A DNA stretch of 64,000 nt from Octopus vulgaris (lineage: Eukaryota): the NCBI GenBank assembly GCA_951406725.2, contig OX597814.1, forward strand, positions 158,596,001 to 158,660,000. The letters are read 5' to 3'. The notes under the pieces are model-generated. The model saw only the letters and a program-made list of their open reading frames with translations. It did not search any database and had not been told where the DNA came from. The first letter of the stretch is position 1. Every line of letters starts with the position of its first letter. A program made the translations under genes and the position numbers. Positions 39,463 to 52,964 of this stretch are shown piece by piece.

Positions 39463-42396
39463 GTATGTATGTATGTATGTATGTATGTATGCATGTATGT
39501 ATATGTATGTGTATAAGATAATGCTTTCATTCAGTTAACTTTAAGACACCAAGTTTCCTACTGATACACGACTAGTATATTCCTTTCAGAAATCTAAAAA
39601 TTTGCCATACAAATAGTGTGAGTGTCATGGATACAAGTGAGATTTCTTTTTCCAGTCTGGACAAATATCTCTTTCAAAAATAGATTTTTTTTTTTTCAAA
39701 TTATTTACAGTCCTTGTATAAATATTTCCTTCTAAGCTTTAATACCAATAACTACCATACTGTCTGTTGCAGATTTAAATTTAGAAGTTGATGCTTTTTG
39801 ATACTGAATTGCAGATATTTTAACAAATATTCTTAAATACTGGCTAATAAACTATGGGTTTCATGCTAAAATCATCTTCCTATTTCATAATAATAAATTG
39901 TGCATATGTGAATGTAATAAGATGCATAGTATGTATATGTATGCATATGTGTGTATATGTATGTGTGTGTGTGTGCATGTGTGTGTATGAGTGTTTGTGC
40001 ATATGTATTTAATTTTCTAGACCCTCATCTGAATATTCGTGAGGGTATTTATGTTTTCATAGATACATATATACCTCCAAACTATCAGCAGCTATAAGAA
40101 TAAATAGATTTAAGTTAACTGAAATAAATTCTTTGAGCAGGATGCCCTTCTTAATATTGTCTGAGTACAGAACTCATTTTTCTAATAAAGAGACTGGGCG
40201 AGTAAAATTATTTGACTTATACAATGCATAAGAAAAGTGTTTTCTACATTCATATTTTTAACCAGTGAAATCGGAGTGGTTGGTGTTAGGAAGGGCATCC
40301 AGCTATAGAAACTCTGCCAGATCAAATTGTAGTCTGGTGCAGCCATCTGGTTTGCCAGACCTCAGTCAAATCGTCCAACCCATGCTAGCATAGAAAGCGG
40401 ACGTTAAACGATGATGATGATGATGATGAAATAATGCATCAGCAAGCTGTTTATTGTAGCACTGTCATGAAAAGAATACACATTAACACTTACACTGACT
40501 GAAAATACAGTTTTATCTGGTGCAATGAAGCTTTTAAATGGAATTTTCAAAAGCATTAGTTTCTCTGTGCCTTTGTTTACATTTACATGAAATTTATATC
40601 GGTACTAAATTACCAGTTATTTTACATTCTGTGGGCAGTCATGTGTTAGGAGCTATAAAATTACAATTGCTTATTCTAAATGTAGACTACATCAGTACTT
40701 TTACAAATATAATCCAACTTATCATTTCTTTTTGTAGACAAGCTAGTGAGTTATGTAAGAAATATCATCAGAGCACAATGATACCTTGATTTAACAATAA
40801 AATTTTCATTTGCTATAAAAATGGAATTTGACCAACAAAAATATTTCCAATTACTAGTATGGAAAAGTTATTTTCCAAACAGAAAACATCAACATTTCTT
40901 TTCTCTCCCTTCCTTCTTCTGAATGATAAGTGTTATAAGTATATTGGTATTGCTGAAAATATTGATAGGATCACTTTGCAAACACTAACCCTTCTCTTCA
41001 AGATCACAAAATTCTACAATCTGAACAATTGCAGATGCTCTACAAAATTCAAGTGAGGTCCTCACTTCAGTTTTGTTGCATTGCCCTACCACATCTGGGA
41101 AGCCAGCGCTGTTGCACGCACAAATATCCTTGTGTAAATCCTGAATAAAGCCAGTTAACTTATTGATATAAAAACTTTTCATGGACATGCCTCAATTTCT
41201 GGCCCATGTACTTCCTCTTATGCCTTTTTTCTACCACCTCTATAATAGACTTTGTATCTTAGAGTAGGCTTGTTCTCTACTCATGCATCCCTAACCTACT
41301 CATCTCTCTTTCCTTAATCACCCTTATTGTGTCCAACCCTAAATAAGTCCTTCACTAACCTCTATACCCAGTCTTTCCTCCTCAGAATATCATCTCTTGG
41401 AATCTTCTCCCTATCTGTGTCATTTCTACAGGTGTCAACCCACAACAGTTTAAATAAAAGATTAACAGCATGAATCACATTGATAGTGTAAGTTCTGTAA
41501 TGGCATTAGGCATTGCCCTTCACCTCCAATTCCAGCAAGTAAAAATATTTTTTTAAATACAAGAAATACAAACTTAATGGCTATTGTATTTGTCTTAAGA
41601 TAAAATGGCAATCTGAACACTTCTCCAACAAGGCAATAAAATTATATGCATTTGTTTTATTGACATTAAATACTGCTAAAACTTAAACATTAACTGCAAG
41701 CTTCCATAGAAATAATTATTCTTGTAGACTCATAACAAAGGAAATGACAAGAAAAAGCTTTAATATTTTAGTATATCTGTATTTGGTTTTTGTGTGGTAT
41801 CTCTATGCAATATCTACTAGATAAAAGAAACAAAAATTAAATATATGAACCACATTTTCAGACTCCAAAGCTGGTGGACAGATCAACTTTAAGGGGTGGG
41901 GCTTAGTGGGAAAAATGGTATATATACCAACAAATAAATCATGACTACTTGAAAATGATAGCAACATTAGCAGAGAGAATAGCAATTTTTTTTTTTACTA
42001 CTTATGTCAAATTTTTAATTCAGTGCAAATGACGGCAACAAAATAACTAATGGAAAAATTATTCTAAAAAGTCCTTAAATTCTAAAGATGTAACTAAAGA
42101 AAATTGGTCACATTTCTATGAGTGATGAAGAGGGAATTCAATCAAAATTTCCCATAAAACAGTGCAGCATCTGTGATTTTCTGCTTACCAGTATAAAGTG
42201 CATCTAGCTGTGAAGATTTTGTTCCATTACAATATGAAAAATGTTCAAATAAGCAGAAAAATTTGCTAACAAAGGAAAATGAATACAAAACAGTTAAAAA
42301 AAAAAATAGAAAATAAACTGAAATGCAAAAATGAAAACTTTAATTCAAAGTTTCCTTTTTAATTCTATTTTAAGGATTATTAAAAAATATAATTAC

Positions 42397-42546
42397 CCAG
42401 GAATTCTTTTAATTGTCTTAGAAATAAATTTCAAAGCTTCTTTAGAAATATTTTCATACATGTTACTTCCATCAAATCGATTGTATGCAATATTAGCCAG
42501 TGTCTCTTCTACAGTACTTCCAACAAAAGGAGTTTCTCCACTGAGC
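42397..42546 (-). CDS. unc-89: Obscurin/UNC-89-like, kinase subdomains X-XI
   Basis: tctAG acceptor, GTAATT donor; LSGETPFVGSTVEETLANI...ISKEALKFISKTIKRIPG. Confidence 0.9.
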
Positions 42547-43671
42547 CTAGAAAATCATTTGTATAATTTAATTAGTCATAAAAAGTTACTAATTTGATTA
42601 TAGTTCTCTATGGTAAGTTTCCTCTACCAAAGAAAATAGCAAATAAAAACACAAGAAATAAATCACTTCAAAATTACAATTTTCTTAATATGATTACTAA
42701 TGTAAGTTTTTGAAAACATCATTGAAACAAATAATAAAAAATAGATCAAATTATATCAAGTTATAGGTAAAAATTAATGTCATTTTTTTTGTTTTTTGAC
42801 AGCATCAGGTTTGAGATTTTATAAAAATTCTTATTTTGATACCTTTACTTAGCTATGATAAAACATTTTTAGAGTGAATAATATTAATTACTTTCTGTTT
42901 TCACTAATGCAAATAATAATACACCTGGAAATACAGTTATATTTCAAACATGAGTACATATATAACTTTGTAGGTATGTCATTTACTTTGGGATTTGATC
43001 TCAATGAATAGAGCAAAAGATTGTGCGTGAAATTTGGGGTATAAGCTAGACATAAATGTACATGGTATGTTTAATAATACTGTGCAGGCTACAGGGTATA
43101 TTTGCATAGTGAATATAAATGTATATTTATTAAATGCATATATGCAAATTTATTTGCAACTCATTCACAAACATGTAGCCTTTGTACCTTAGTTAATTTA
43201 TATGCATTAACAATGGATTAAGTGATATGCAAATGAGCACAAATACTGCCTGTTGTATATTGCATTTCTTATAAGTAGCAAAGATCACTCTCTCTCCCTC
43301 TCTTCCTCTCTCTTTCTCTCTCTCTCTCACCTTAAATGGTTGAAATATTCATTCATTAGAAGTTTCTACAAAACACATGGGACTAGTTGAGTTGCCTTTT
43401 ATCTGTTTTGTAGAGAGAGCCACGTGATTTAATCTGGAATCTCATTGAACACAGAGACTCTATGTTCATTAAGTATACACAAGTAAATTTATTTACAACT
43501 TATTCACAAATATGCTGGGCTATATTAATGTGGAGTTCATTTTGTAACCATGTTGCCTTAAGGCTCATTCCATTGCACCTTGGGCAAGTGTTTTACTTTA
43601 GTGTTACTATGTATGGAAACAGGTGAGAGTTGGTTACAGTATGTATGTGTGATTGTATGTCTGATTGTGTG

Positions 43672-44000
43672 AAGGTGCATGGCTTAGGAGCCAAGGTATC
43701 AGCTCACAATTGTAAGGTCATGAGTTTGATTCCTGGTGACATGCTGCATTCTTGAGCATAACACTTTATTTCTCATTGCTCCAGTCCACTCAATTGGCAA
43801 AAATGAGTTGTACATGTAATTTAAAAGGCGAGTCTTGTCACACTTTGTGCCACAGTGAATCTCCCTGAGAACTACATTAAGGATATGAGTGTCTGTGGAG
43901 TGCTGAGCCACTTGCATATTAATTTCACAAGCAGGCTGTTCAGTTGATCAAATTAACTAGAACATTTGTCAACATAACTGATGGAGAGGCAAACCACGTA
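43672..44000 (+). mobile_element. tRNA-headed SINE family E
   Basis: gcatggcttag...gagtttgattcc...cttgagcataacactttatttctcattgctccagtccactca; related heads at 58690-58830 and 27155-27250. Confidence 0.65.
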
Positions 44001-44054
44001 TGTATGTATGTATGTATGTATGTATGTATGTATGTATGTATGTATGTATGTATG

Positions 44055-44088
<34 letters not shown>

Positions 44089-44110
44089 TGTATGTATGTA
44101 TGTATGTATG

Positions 44111-44300
44111 TAGGGAAAGTTTACGAAAATAAACAAAAGACGAAGGCAGGTGGAGTACAAACAAACAAATGTATTAGTATAATGCTCAGGAATAGAAAAA
44201 GTCTTTTACATTTCGAGCCTACGCTCTTCGACAGAAAGATACACAGAAAAAAACAAGGAGAGAAAAAAATTCGTGTAGGAGCTAACGATCTATCATGGCG
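44111..44300 (-). mobile_element. Short element with hammerhead-like fold, copy 2
   Basis: Minus strand TCTTT-CTGTCGA-A-GAGC(gtag)GCTC-GAAA-T-GTA-AAAGA at 44202-44239; sits inside (TATG)n. Confidence 0.7.
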
Positions 44301-44495
44301 TCCTATGTATGTATGTATGTATGTATGTATGTATGTATGTCAGTGTAAATGAAACAAAAATATGTTGATGTATTTTAAACAGGGCTCAATAAAAGAAGTA
44401 CTTAGATTAATTATTAGGGTTAATAGTCCAAAGACTGTAGTCTTTAAAATAAAGGTAAAAAAATTAGGTTTAAGAGAAAAAATATTCATACTAAC

Positions 44496-44571
44496 AGTAG
44501 TGTTGAAATAACACCAACTCCCCAGACATCAGCAGCAACACCAGCAGGTTCTCCGACCACAACTTCAGGTG
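44496..44571 (-). CDS. unc-89: Obscurin/UNC-89-like, kinase subdomains VIII-IX
   Basis: tttAG acceptor, GTTAGT donor; SPEVVVGEPAGVAADVWGVGVISTLL. Confidence 0.9.
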
Positions 44572-46127
44572 CTAAAATGATAGAATTTAAGCATATTTAC
44601 AAATAAGTCCAATAGTTATCTTTTTAACAAAATAGGTAAAGTGGTATCACTTAATTTGTTAGGAAGACATTTGACAATTCAGGTAGAATCTTTCTTTGAT
44701 TGCTGCTGTTTGCCTTAGATCAATTGTGATCAAGCAGTTTCATAATCAAAAAGCATTCCAGCTGTGACCATCCCATCCATTTTTTTAGACACGTTGGCGA
44801 TAAGACCACATTAATCAATGAATCCTATTTTCTAAGACAATATAATTTGAGGGACATTCAGTTACTATTTCTAGCTATCCATGTAACCTACCTTGATGGC
44901 CAGTCATAAATGGGATTTCATAAGGTGTTAGGTATAGCTTTATGTATTTTTTCTTAATGTGTTGCTGCGTTGTTGTTGTTGTATTGCTGATTAACCATCA
45001 AGTCAGCACAACCTGAGCACATCTAGGCTCAAATGCTTTCTGGCTATGATGATCCCATCTTATTTTCAGGAATAGTTTATCTAGGACCACATTATTCAAT
45101 GTGTCCTTTATAAAAAGAAAAGACCCATCAGGTGTAATTGCTACAGATTTAGTTACTATTTGTAGCAGGCTGAGCAGCTATATAGAAGCTCCCTTAATGG
45201 GGCAATTTCCTTTTGTAGAGGATTAGCAACAATTACAAAGGTTTGGTTTCAAATCTTGGCACAAGGCCAGCAATTTTGGTGGGGAGGGAGTAAGTCGATT
45301 ACATTGACTCCACTGTTCAACTGGTACTTATTTTAATATCCCAAAAAGGATGAAAGGCGAAGTCAAACCCTGTGGCATTTGAACACAGAATGTAAAGTTG
45401 GAAGAAATTCCATTAAGCATATTGTCCAGTGCATTAACAATTCTGCTAGCTCACTGCAGAATATTGACAAATAAATATATATAAAAACAATGTACTACTG
45501 TTGAAGAGTTTCAGTTCCTTAATCTGTTTTAGTTATTACAGTCAAGACCATGCTCATATACAGCTATGCATATTCTTTTGAGATGAAACATAGTAAGTGT
45601 TGATGCAGTAGAAGTAGAGAAGTAGTAAAATGAAGTGTGAAACGAAGTGACATTTACAGTCTCTGCTTTTAAGATGTCAGCTATTTCAGTCTTTATAAAA
45701 AATTACTTTAGCATGTCCAAGAGAGCTAAATCAAAGATTATTGCTTCCAAATAATGAATGTTGGAGATATGTCAGTATATATAACTTTCATCTAGTAATA
45801 ACTACATCCTGGATATTCTTCATCAGTTATGATACACCCTCTTCACAAAAATGCATTGGACATATATTGAAAGTAAATAAGACAGAGTTAACCAAGTCAT
45901 TATATTTTTAAATACTTATCTTGCAAAATATTTTGCATTGCTTGTGTAAGGATCAACAAAGTGACACATGACACAACAGTACTAGACAACTAGGGAGTTG
46001 ATATCATTGACTAAAATCATAAAGGTAATGCCCCAGCATGGCCACAGACTAAATACACTAAAAAAATACTCAACTGATCTCAATTAGAAAATTCAAAGAT
46101 TTTAATGTTTTAAATATGTTTACTTAC

Positions 46128-46588
46128 ACATAAATTCTGGTGATCCACACTGAGGGACATGTTTTCCAATTGGTGTTACAATCTTCTGAGCTAAGGTGAA
46201 ATCCTTAAGTTTCAATATAGGACACATTCTTCCCAACAAGATGTTTTCTGGTTGTATGTTCAAATGAATGATACACAAGAAATGCAAATATTGTAAAGCA
46301 TCTAGTAGCTGAGTGATAATTCTTGCCGCATCGTCCTCAGTGTAGCTACATCTAGATGACAAATGGTCAATGATATTCTCACTGTCAACATACTCAAAGA
46401 TTACTGTGTGAATGTTGTTGAATAAGAAAGCTCCAATCACAGTAATGACATTTACATGTTGGACTGTTACTAAAAGATTGAATTCGTTCATAATTTCATC
46501 TGTAGGTGTTTCATAAGGAGTTATTCTGGCATAGTACAGTTCTTCTGTTCTTTTGCTTCGACACAGCTTCCATTGACGAAATGCACCC
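46128..46588 (-). CDS. unc-89: Obscurin/UNC-89-like, (pseudo)kinase subdomains I-VIII
   Basis: ctcAG acceptor, GTAAGT donor; RGAFRQWKLC..LYYARI..EFNLL..QHVNVI..IFEY..YLH..IIHLNIQPENILL..LKLKDFTLAQ..CGSPEFM is a CAMK/MLCK-type fold. Confidence 0.92.
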
Positions 46589-46810
46589 CTGAGAAATAGT
46601 AATTCAGCAAAAAGGGGTCATAATAACAAGTAACTGAAACAAATGAATGCATATGCCTTCTCACACACACACGCACACACATTTTGAATATGCAAATAAA
46701 GGCTCTTATTCTATTATGCTGGCTACAGCCTAATGATACCAACTAGCAATACCAGCTTTTGGAGTCACACCAAGCTGTGCCAATATAATGTAGGATAAGT
46801 ATAGTAGTAA

Positions 46811-47017
46811 TAATAATACTCTTTGGATAGAATTTACAAATGTTCTAATGCATCACTATGCACGTTTCCACAAATTACATGTTTCTTAAGATGATAGTCC
46901 ATATTCCTGGAATCATCCTAGGAATACAGACTATGATCTTAAGACACATGTGATTTGTGGAAATGTACATAGCGAAGAATTAAAATATTTATAAATTCCA
47001 TCCAAGGATTATTATTT
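46811..47017. repeat. Imperfect palindrome of about 205 bp (MITE-like)
   Basis: taataat..ttggatagaatttacaaat..tttccacaaattacatgt.tcttaagat..attcct pairs with aggaat..atcttaagacacatgtgatttgtggaaa..atttataaattccatccaa..attatt. Confidence 0.85.
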
Positions 47018-47021
47018 GGGC

Positions 47022-47412
47022 CTCTGTGCCGGTGGCACATAAAAAGCACTATCCGATCATGGCCATTGCCAGCCTCGCCTGGCCACCATGCTGGTGGCAC
47101 ATAAAAAGCACCATCCGATCGTGGTCATTGCCAGCCTCGCCTGGCCACCGTGCCGGTGGCACATAAAAAGCACCATCCGACCGTGGCCATTTGCCAGCCC
47201 TGTCTGGCACCTGTGTCGGTGGCACATAAAAAGCACCCACTACACTCACGGAGTGGTTGGTGTTAGGAAGGGCATCCAGCCGTAGAAACATTGCCAGATC
47301 AGACTGGGCCTGGTGCAGCCTTCTGGCTTCCCAGACCCCAGTTGAACCGTCCAACCCATGCTAGCATGGAAAGCAGACGCTAAATGATGATGATGATGAT
47401 GATGATGATGAT
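47022..47412 (+). mobile_element. SINE family C with internal tandem repeat of about 62 bp
   Basis: ggtggcacataaaaagcac recurs at about 47031, 47093, 47155 and 47218. Confidence 0.85.
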
Positions 47413-48156
47413 AATTTAAGGTGCATTCCATTAGGACTGTATTAGAGTACAAAGTAGAGCTCATTCACCCTTAGAATTACCAAATAGTTGATAGTATCAT
47501 GGTATACTTCCAAGTCTATGTTTAGACATTCATTGCTTGTGAAAATAAAATAAAATTGAATAAATAGTCAAGAATGTGTACATTTAAATCTTATGTAAAG
47601 GTGGATCTATGTTGTATTGAAACATGTGTAGTTTTTATTGAATAGCTGTCTAAACATACTCATTCTTGATTCTATCTATACAATTTTAGATATACATACA
47701 TATATATATATATATTGGGTGGCTTTTAAGCTAGTATGTAACTTTAAAGCAACTAACCCCAAATGGGAAGATCTGCAAACAGATCTCTGACTTGTTTTGG
47801 AGAATTTGTTGCAATTGCTTCCTCCAGAGTCATATCCCAATGATGATCATCATTGATCATCACTAAAAATCATGTAAAAAAAATTGCCGAAAACAATTAC
47901 AGTAATGAAAACATAGGAATCCAAAATTTCAGGATTGCAGTTCTGGATTCAGCCCGGAATGTTTTTAATTTACTCATGGAGTCAGCTTGATTCCAAAATG
48001 GTATGATATGTTGGGCTACGGCCTCTAGGAGTAAAGCTGAAAAATTGTGACACTCTGACATTCACATTTATTATATTAGATATGTGTAATTTTGGGGAAA
48101 TTGTATTTCAATTAAAGTGTATTTTATATATGTGTGTGTGTGTGCAAGCACGTGTG

Positions 48157-48224
<68 letters not shown>

Positions 48225-48231
48225 TATTTAT

Positions 48232-48354
48232 TTTGTTGTGTCTGGGGAGTCATTCTCTTTTAGTGCCTTAGTATTTAATACACTTAAAGTTTCCACTCAT
48301 TTACTTATTTACTTTTCCTAAAACTTTTGTTGCATCTTGCAAACTTTTCAATAT
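48232..48354 (-). mobile_element. Second copy of the 2730-2846 element with decayed U3-A8 hammerhead
   Basis: Reverse complement matches 2730-2846 (aggcactaaaagagaatga..ctccccagacacaac); core TTGAAAA intact, G12 lost. Confidence 0.6.
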
Positions 48355-48721
48355 ATATATGTATGTCTGGCAACCTTTTCAACATATATTGGTATGTATT
48401 AAAGAAAGCAAAAAATAAAACAAAAACGATAGTGTTCAGTAGTTGGTTCAGTATACTGGCCAGGAAAGTTGTACATCATCTCCCTCTTTCTCTCACATAC
48501 CCACTCTCTCTCTCTCTCTTTCTCTCTCCCTCTCTCTCTCTCACTGCCTCTGCCATCACCCTTACCATCTCTATGCCTACTGTTACTCACACCCCAGCAC
48601 AAAGAAGTGTCATTGAATAGTGGGAAAGGGGGTTCAAAGTGTAACACACTGACACACAGAAATTAGTTTTCACATTTATTATACTATATTATAAATATGC
48701 ATTTATATGTATATGCATATA

Positions 48722-48757
<36 letters not shown>

Positions 48758-49189
48758 AGTGTGTATGTATGTATTTATGATTGTACATATGTATGTATGT
48801 ATGTATGTATGATTGTACATATGTATGTATGTATGTATGCATGTGCCTAATTCAATCATCACTTGTAACTGTGGAATTGAAATCATTAAATTCTGCTAGG
48901 ATAATCACACAACTGAATTACCACAAGGCATTGAAAAGGAATTAAACATAGAAGTGCCATAATTCCTTCTAGAGGATAGCTATTTCGTGCTTAATGAGAA
49001 TATTTATTTCCAAAAATCTGTAACTACAGCAAGGACAAAAACAGACCCTCTCTTTGCAAATTTTCATCATGGGTTAGCTAGAGATTACAATGTACCAAAA
49101 TTCACTACAATAATGTTGCAATCCTTATTTTATACGTACAGAATAAATGGGAATGATAACTTAATGATTGCCTCATTTTATAAAATGAA

Positions 49190-50250
49190 AGCATAGAAAT
49201 GTTAAAAAAATTCAAAACACTACTCAATAGAATTAACTTAGGTATACAATTCCCCATTAAATACAGCCAAGACCAAGTCCCATTTTTAGATATCCTAATA
49301 TAGAAAGTCAAAAACCAGAGACATATATATACTATAAACCAACAGACTCTAAAAAATATCTATCTTTCAATTCATGCCATCCAAGATGGAAGAGAGGAGA
49401 TGTCCCATGTAATCTGGCCAGAATGATTTGCACAATTTTATCTGATGAAAACATGTGACATACTTCAAGAGCCTAATGATACACCCTTTGACAGAAATTA
49501 TCTACCATCTTTAATCAATAATGGAATGCAACAAGCCAAGAAAATTAGTATCCAAACAGTAAAATAAACAATATATATCACAACTGAAAATCTTTCCTTT
49601 CATTTCCACCCACAATCCTAAAAATAATGAGGCCTACAATACTATATTTCAAAATATATGAACACTAAAGAAAGTCTCCAGAACAAACCAAATCCTCCAA
49701 ACTCGTACCTTCATAAAAAATAAAAGACAATCTAAATCAATGTAAAAATATTAACCATGGCCAAAAATTGTTAATATTTTTATACAGTAACAACAGAATA
49801 ACAACAGAATCAACAGTTTGCACTTCGTTAATATTTTTACACAACAACAGAACTAACAGCAAAAAATACTGAAGATCCAACAATGGCATATGTTTAAATC
49901 TATCAGATAGATCAAATATCTGTTTTGATAAGGGGCAACTCTTCAAAATATAAAAAATTAACTTTGTGAGCACCTGAAAACTTAATTTATGTAATAACAG
50001 GCTAAGCACATGGAAAAAAAACTACATAAGAAAAGTCATGCTGTCCTTAAAATAATGCAAAATTTGAATTCTGGAGCTGTGTAAAATAGGACTCGGTCAA
50101 TATATTAGACATAGGTGCCAGTAAGAAACAAACATTTTATGATCATCCTGTTTTTCAGTTTTCAAATGGCTCATTGCAACTGTATTGCATCAACAAAAAA
50201 AGATAAGAGCAACATTCATAAAATACTAAGCACTTCTGAACCACTATGAA
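49190..50250 (+). pseudogene. Decayed Penelope-like RT/thumb region
   Basis: DQVPFLDILI...YYKPTDSKKYLSFNSCHP readable at about 49270-49383 with stops and frameshifts; typical PLE RT C-terminus. Right boundary approximate. Confidence 0.7.
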
Positions 50251-51054
50251 AGAGAAAAAAGATTACAACTACTAAAGCTACTACTACTGCTGAAACTGCT
50301 GTGACCACTATAGTTACTATGGCCTCTACTGCTCCTGTTAGTGCTGCTACAGCTACTGTTCTGACTTCTGCTAGTGTAGGAAAGGAACAAATGCCCTTCC
50401 ACTATATCTATGGTGTCTCCCTTTTCTACTACTACTACTACTACTACTACTATTGTTGCTGCAGCTGATAAAGTAAGGTGAGGCTGATACAGCTTCTACA
50501 AAATCAACCACTCCTATTGCTGCAACTACTACTTCACTATACAACTTTTTTCACCTTAATATCAACATTGTCAGGAAGGTACAATAGAAAAATGCTACTG
50601 TTATAACTTTTACTACTACACTTATGGCTTAGAAGACATCAGGAGACCAATAACTGCTACCATATGAATTTCATATAAAAATATACATGAACTTTCAAAA
50701 CTGCTATGATTAATTTAATTTTACTCAATTTGGTTTTCCTTACCTTATTAAATTTTTTTAGGCAATTGAAACTAATGGTATATTTTGATAAAAATGTAAA
50801 TATTTTCTCTTTTTATTCATGATAAAGTTCTAGAAGTACTTTCTCCTTCCGTTTTTTTGCTGTAAATTTATTCATGAGAAATGTCTTAACCATTTCAATA
50901 TGTCTATATATTTAATACATACATACATACATACATACATACATACATACATACATACATACATACATTCATACATACCTACATACATACATACAGAGGA
51001 CAAAGAAATAAGTACCCACAATATAGAAGAAGCCATAGCCACTCAATAAAAAGA

Positions 51055-51600
51055 AATACTGGTGGAATGTACCAGTGAAGACTTCAAAGAAATGTAAGCA
51101 CAACAGACCTAATATAATGATTTGACAGAGAAATGAAACTGAGCACAGTTGTAGAAATTAGCTGCCCAGTAAATGTGAACATAAAGCCAAAGATCAGAGA
51201 AAAAGCGAACACCTATGCTGAACTATTAAGAAATCTGCAGGTACTCTATCCAGATTACAATTTCAGGTTTGTACCTGTAATTATTGGAACCCTAGGATGT
51301 GTATTGAGAAATTAGGCTTCTCAAAACCAGAAAGGTGAAAGCTAATTTGAAAACTGCAGATCCAATCCATCACTGGAACTGTAAAAATCTGTAAACTTTT
51401 CCAGAAGTTTGGCATTTAAATATATATGAGCATGTCTAGATATGCAACTATATGCATGAGAACATATACAACAAACATAAAAATCTGCACATACATACAT
51501 ACATACAAAAAAATGCCTTGTTGTTGAAGTTGAAATTCCAATAAAGAAGCCTTGAATCTAGGTTAGAAACCAGTTCTTTCTCTATTGGAAAGAAATATTG
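51055..51600 (+). pseudogene. RLE-type LINE 3' fragment and 3' UTR
   Basis: CKHNRPN...VVEISCPVNVNI..KIREKANTYAELLRNLQVLYPDYNFRFVPVIIGTLG. Confidence 0.75.
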
Positions 51601-51616
51601 AAATAAACTGAATAAT

Positions 51617-51689
<73 letters not shown>

Positions 51690-52109
51690 TATGTATGTAT
51701 GAAATACAAAAGAGAAAGTGTTTAAGAATTTTTGGAAACATTAGACCACAATTACATTTGGAAGGTGAAATATACCTTCAAGTGCTTTGTGGCATAAATA
51801 GTGGCAAGCAAAAGTTCAAGTATATCCATCCTCGATAATTAGTAGCATTTCAATGACAGTCTTTCTCTGTTAAACATACTATTCTAATATGATTTTATTT
51901 TCCATTACCAATTCAGACAAAGTCACTATCTCATTCTTATGTATAAATGTACTCGCCACTCATCACATCTAAACACACCTTAACAGAAACCTTGAGAACA
52001 GGCCACTGACTACAAGCAGGAGTGGAAACATACCTGTGAGGTTAAGGAGTTTGCTTCACAATTATATGATTTACAACAAAAAATTATCAGATATTAAGAA
52101 TGTACAAAC

Positions 52110-52299
52110 CTAGTGATTTCTTCAAGGAACGTATATTGTTCAGCAGGATCAAAATTCATGACTTCATCGTCTCTATCCTTGTAATATTCTACAACATTTG
52201 CTGGACCTTGGGATCGATTCAATGAAGATATTATATCTGCATTTATGCATAACATCTGTGAATAGTCTGGATGTTTGTGTAATTCTAATACTTTACAAC
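52110..52299 (-). CDS. unc-89: Obscurin/UNC-89-like, Fn3-kinase linker and kinase start
   Basis: tttcAG acceptor, GTTTGT donor; open frame ending FDPAEQYTFLEEITR; phases 1/2 fit both neighbours. Confidence 0.85.
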
Positions 52300-52964
52300 C
52301 TGAAAAAAAAAATTAAATAAGTTTCACTATTAAGCTAACTGATGTAAAAATATGTGTAAAATTATAGAAGTAGCATGTAATTGTATACATAATATGTGCA
52401 TAAAGATATCTATATATGTTGATACATAAGGGTGACGATATTGCTGAAGAGCTAAAAAGTTTGTTTCATAAAATGTCCTTATAATTTATCTATCATGGAG
52501 AAGTATTTTCTGTCACAACCTTGGGTCAATCCAAGCCTTATGAGTGAAATTGGGTAAACAGAAAATGTTTGAAAATCTATAGGATAGACTGCACTATCAC
52601 TTCAAAGGGCCAGTCTTGTCAAACACAGCAACACTAAACCTACATGAGTATTATATTAAGAGTACAAGTCGTTGGAGGATACTCAGTCATGTACACTACA
52701 ATAGTTTGAAATTTTGACACATGGCTAGCTGTTTTTAGAGGAGATTATTATTTGATTATACCGGCCCCAGTACTCGACTGCTAATTATTTTATCAACCCA
52801 AAAGGGATGAAGGCAAAGATAAACCTTGTGAAACTTGAACTCAGAAAGTAGTGAACCAAAATAATGTGCACTATAATGTATTAAATAAAGGCTTATATTG
52901 AACAAACTAAAACATTAATCATCAAGCTAACATGTAATCCATCATATGTTGGTAAATAATGCAT

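Noticed and set aside
47720-48081. Possible Helentron-associated element end (ATCTAATATAATAAA on -)
   Set aside because: Only one short terminal motif, single copy in the window.
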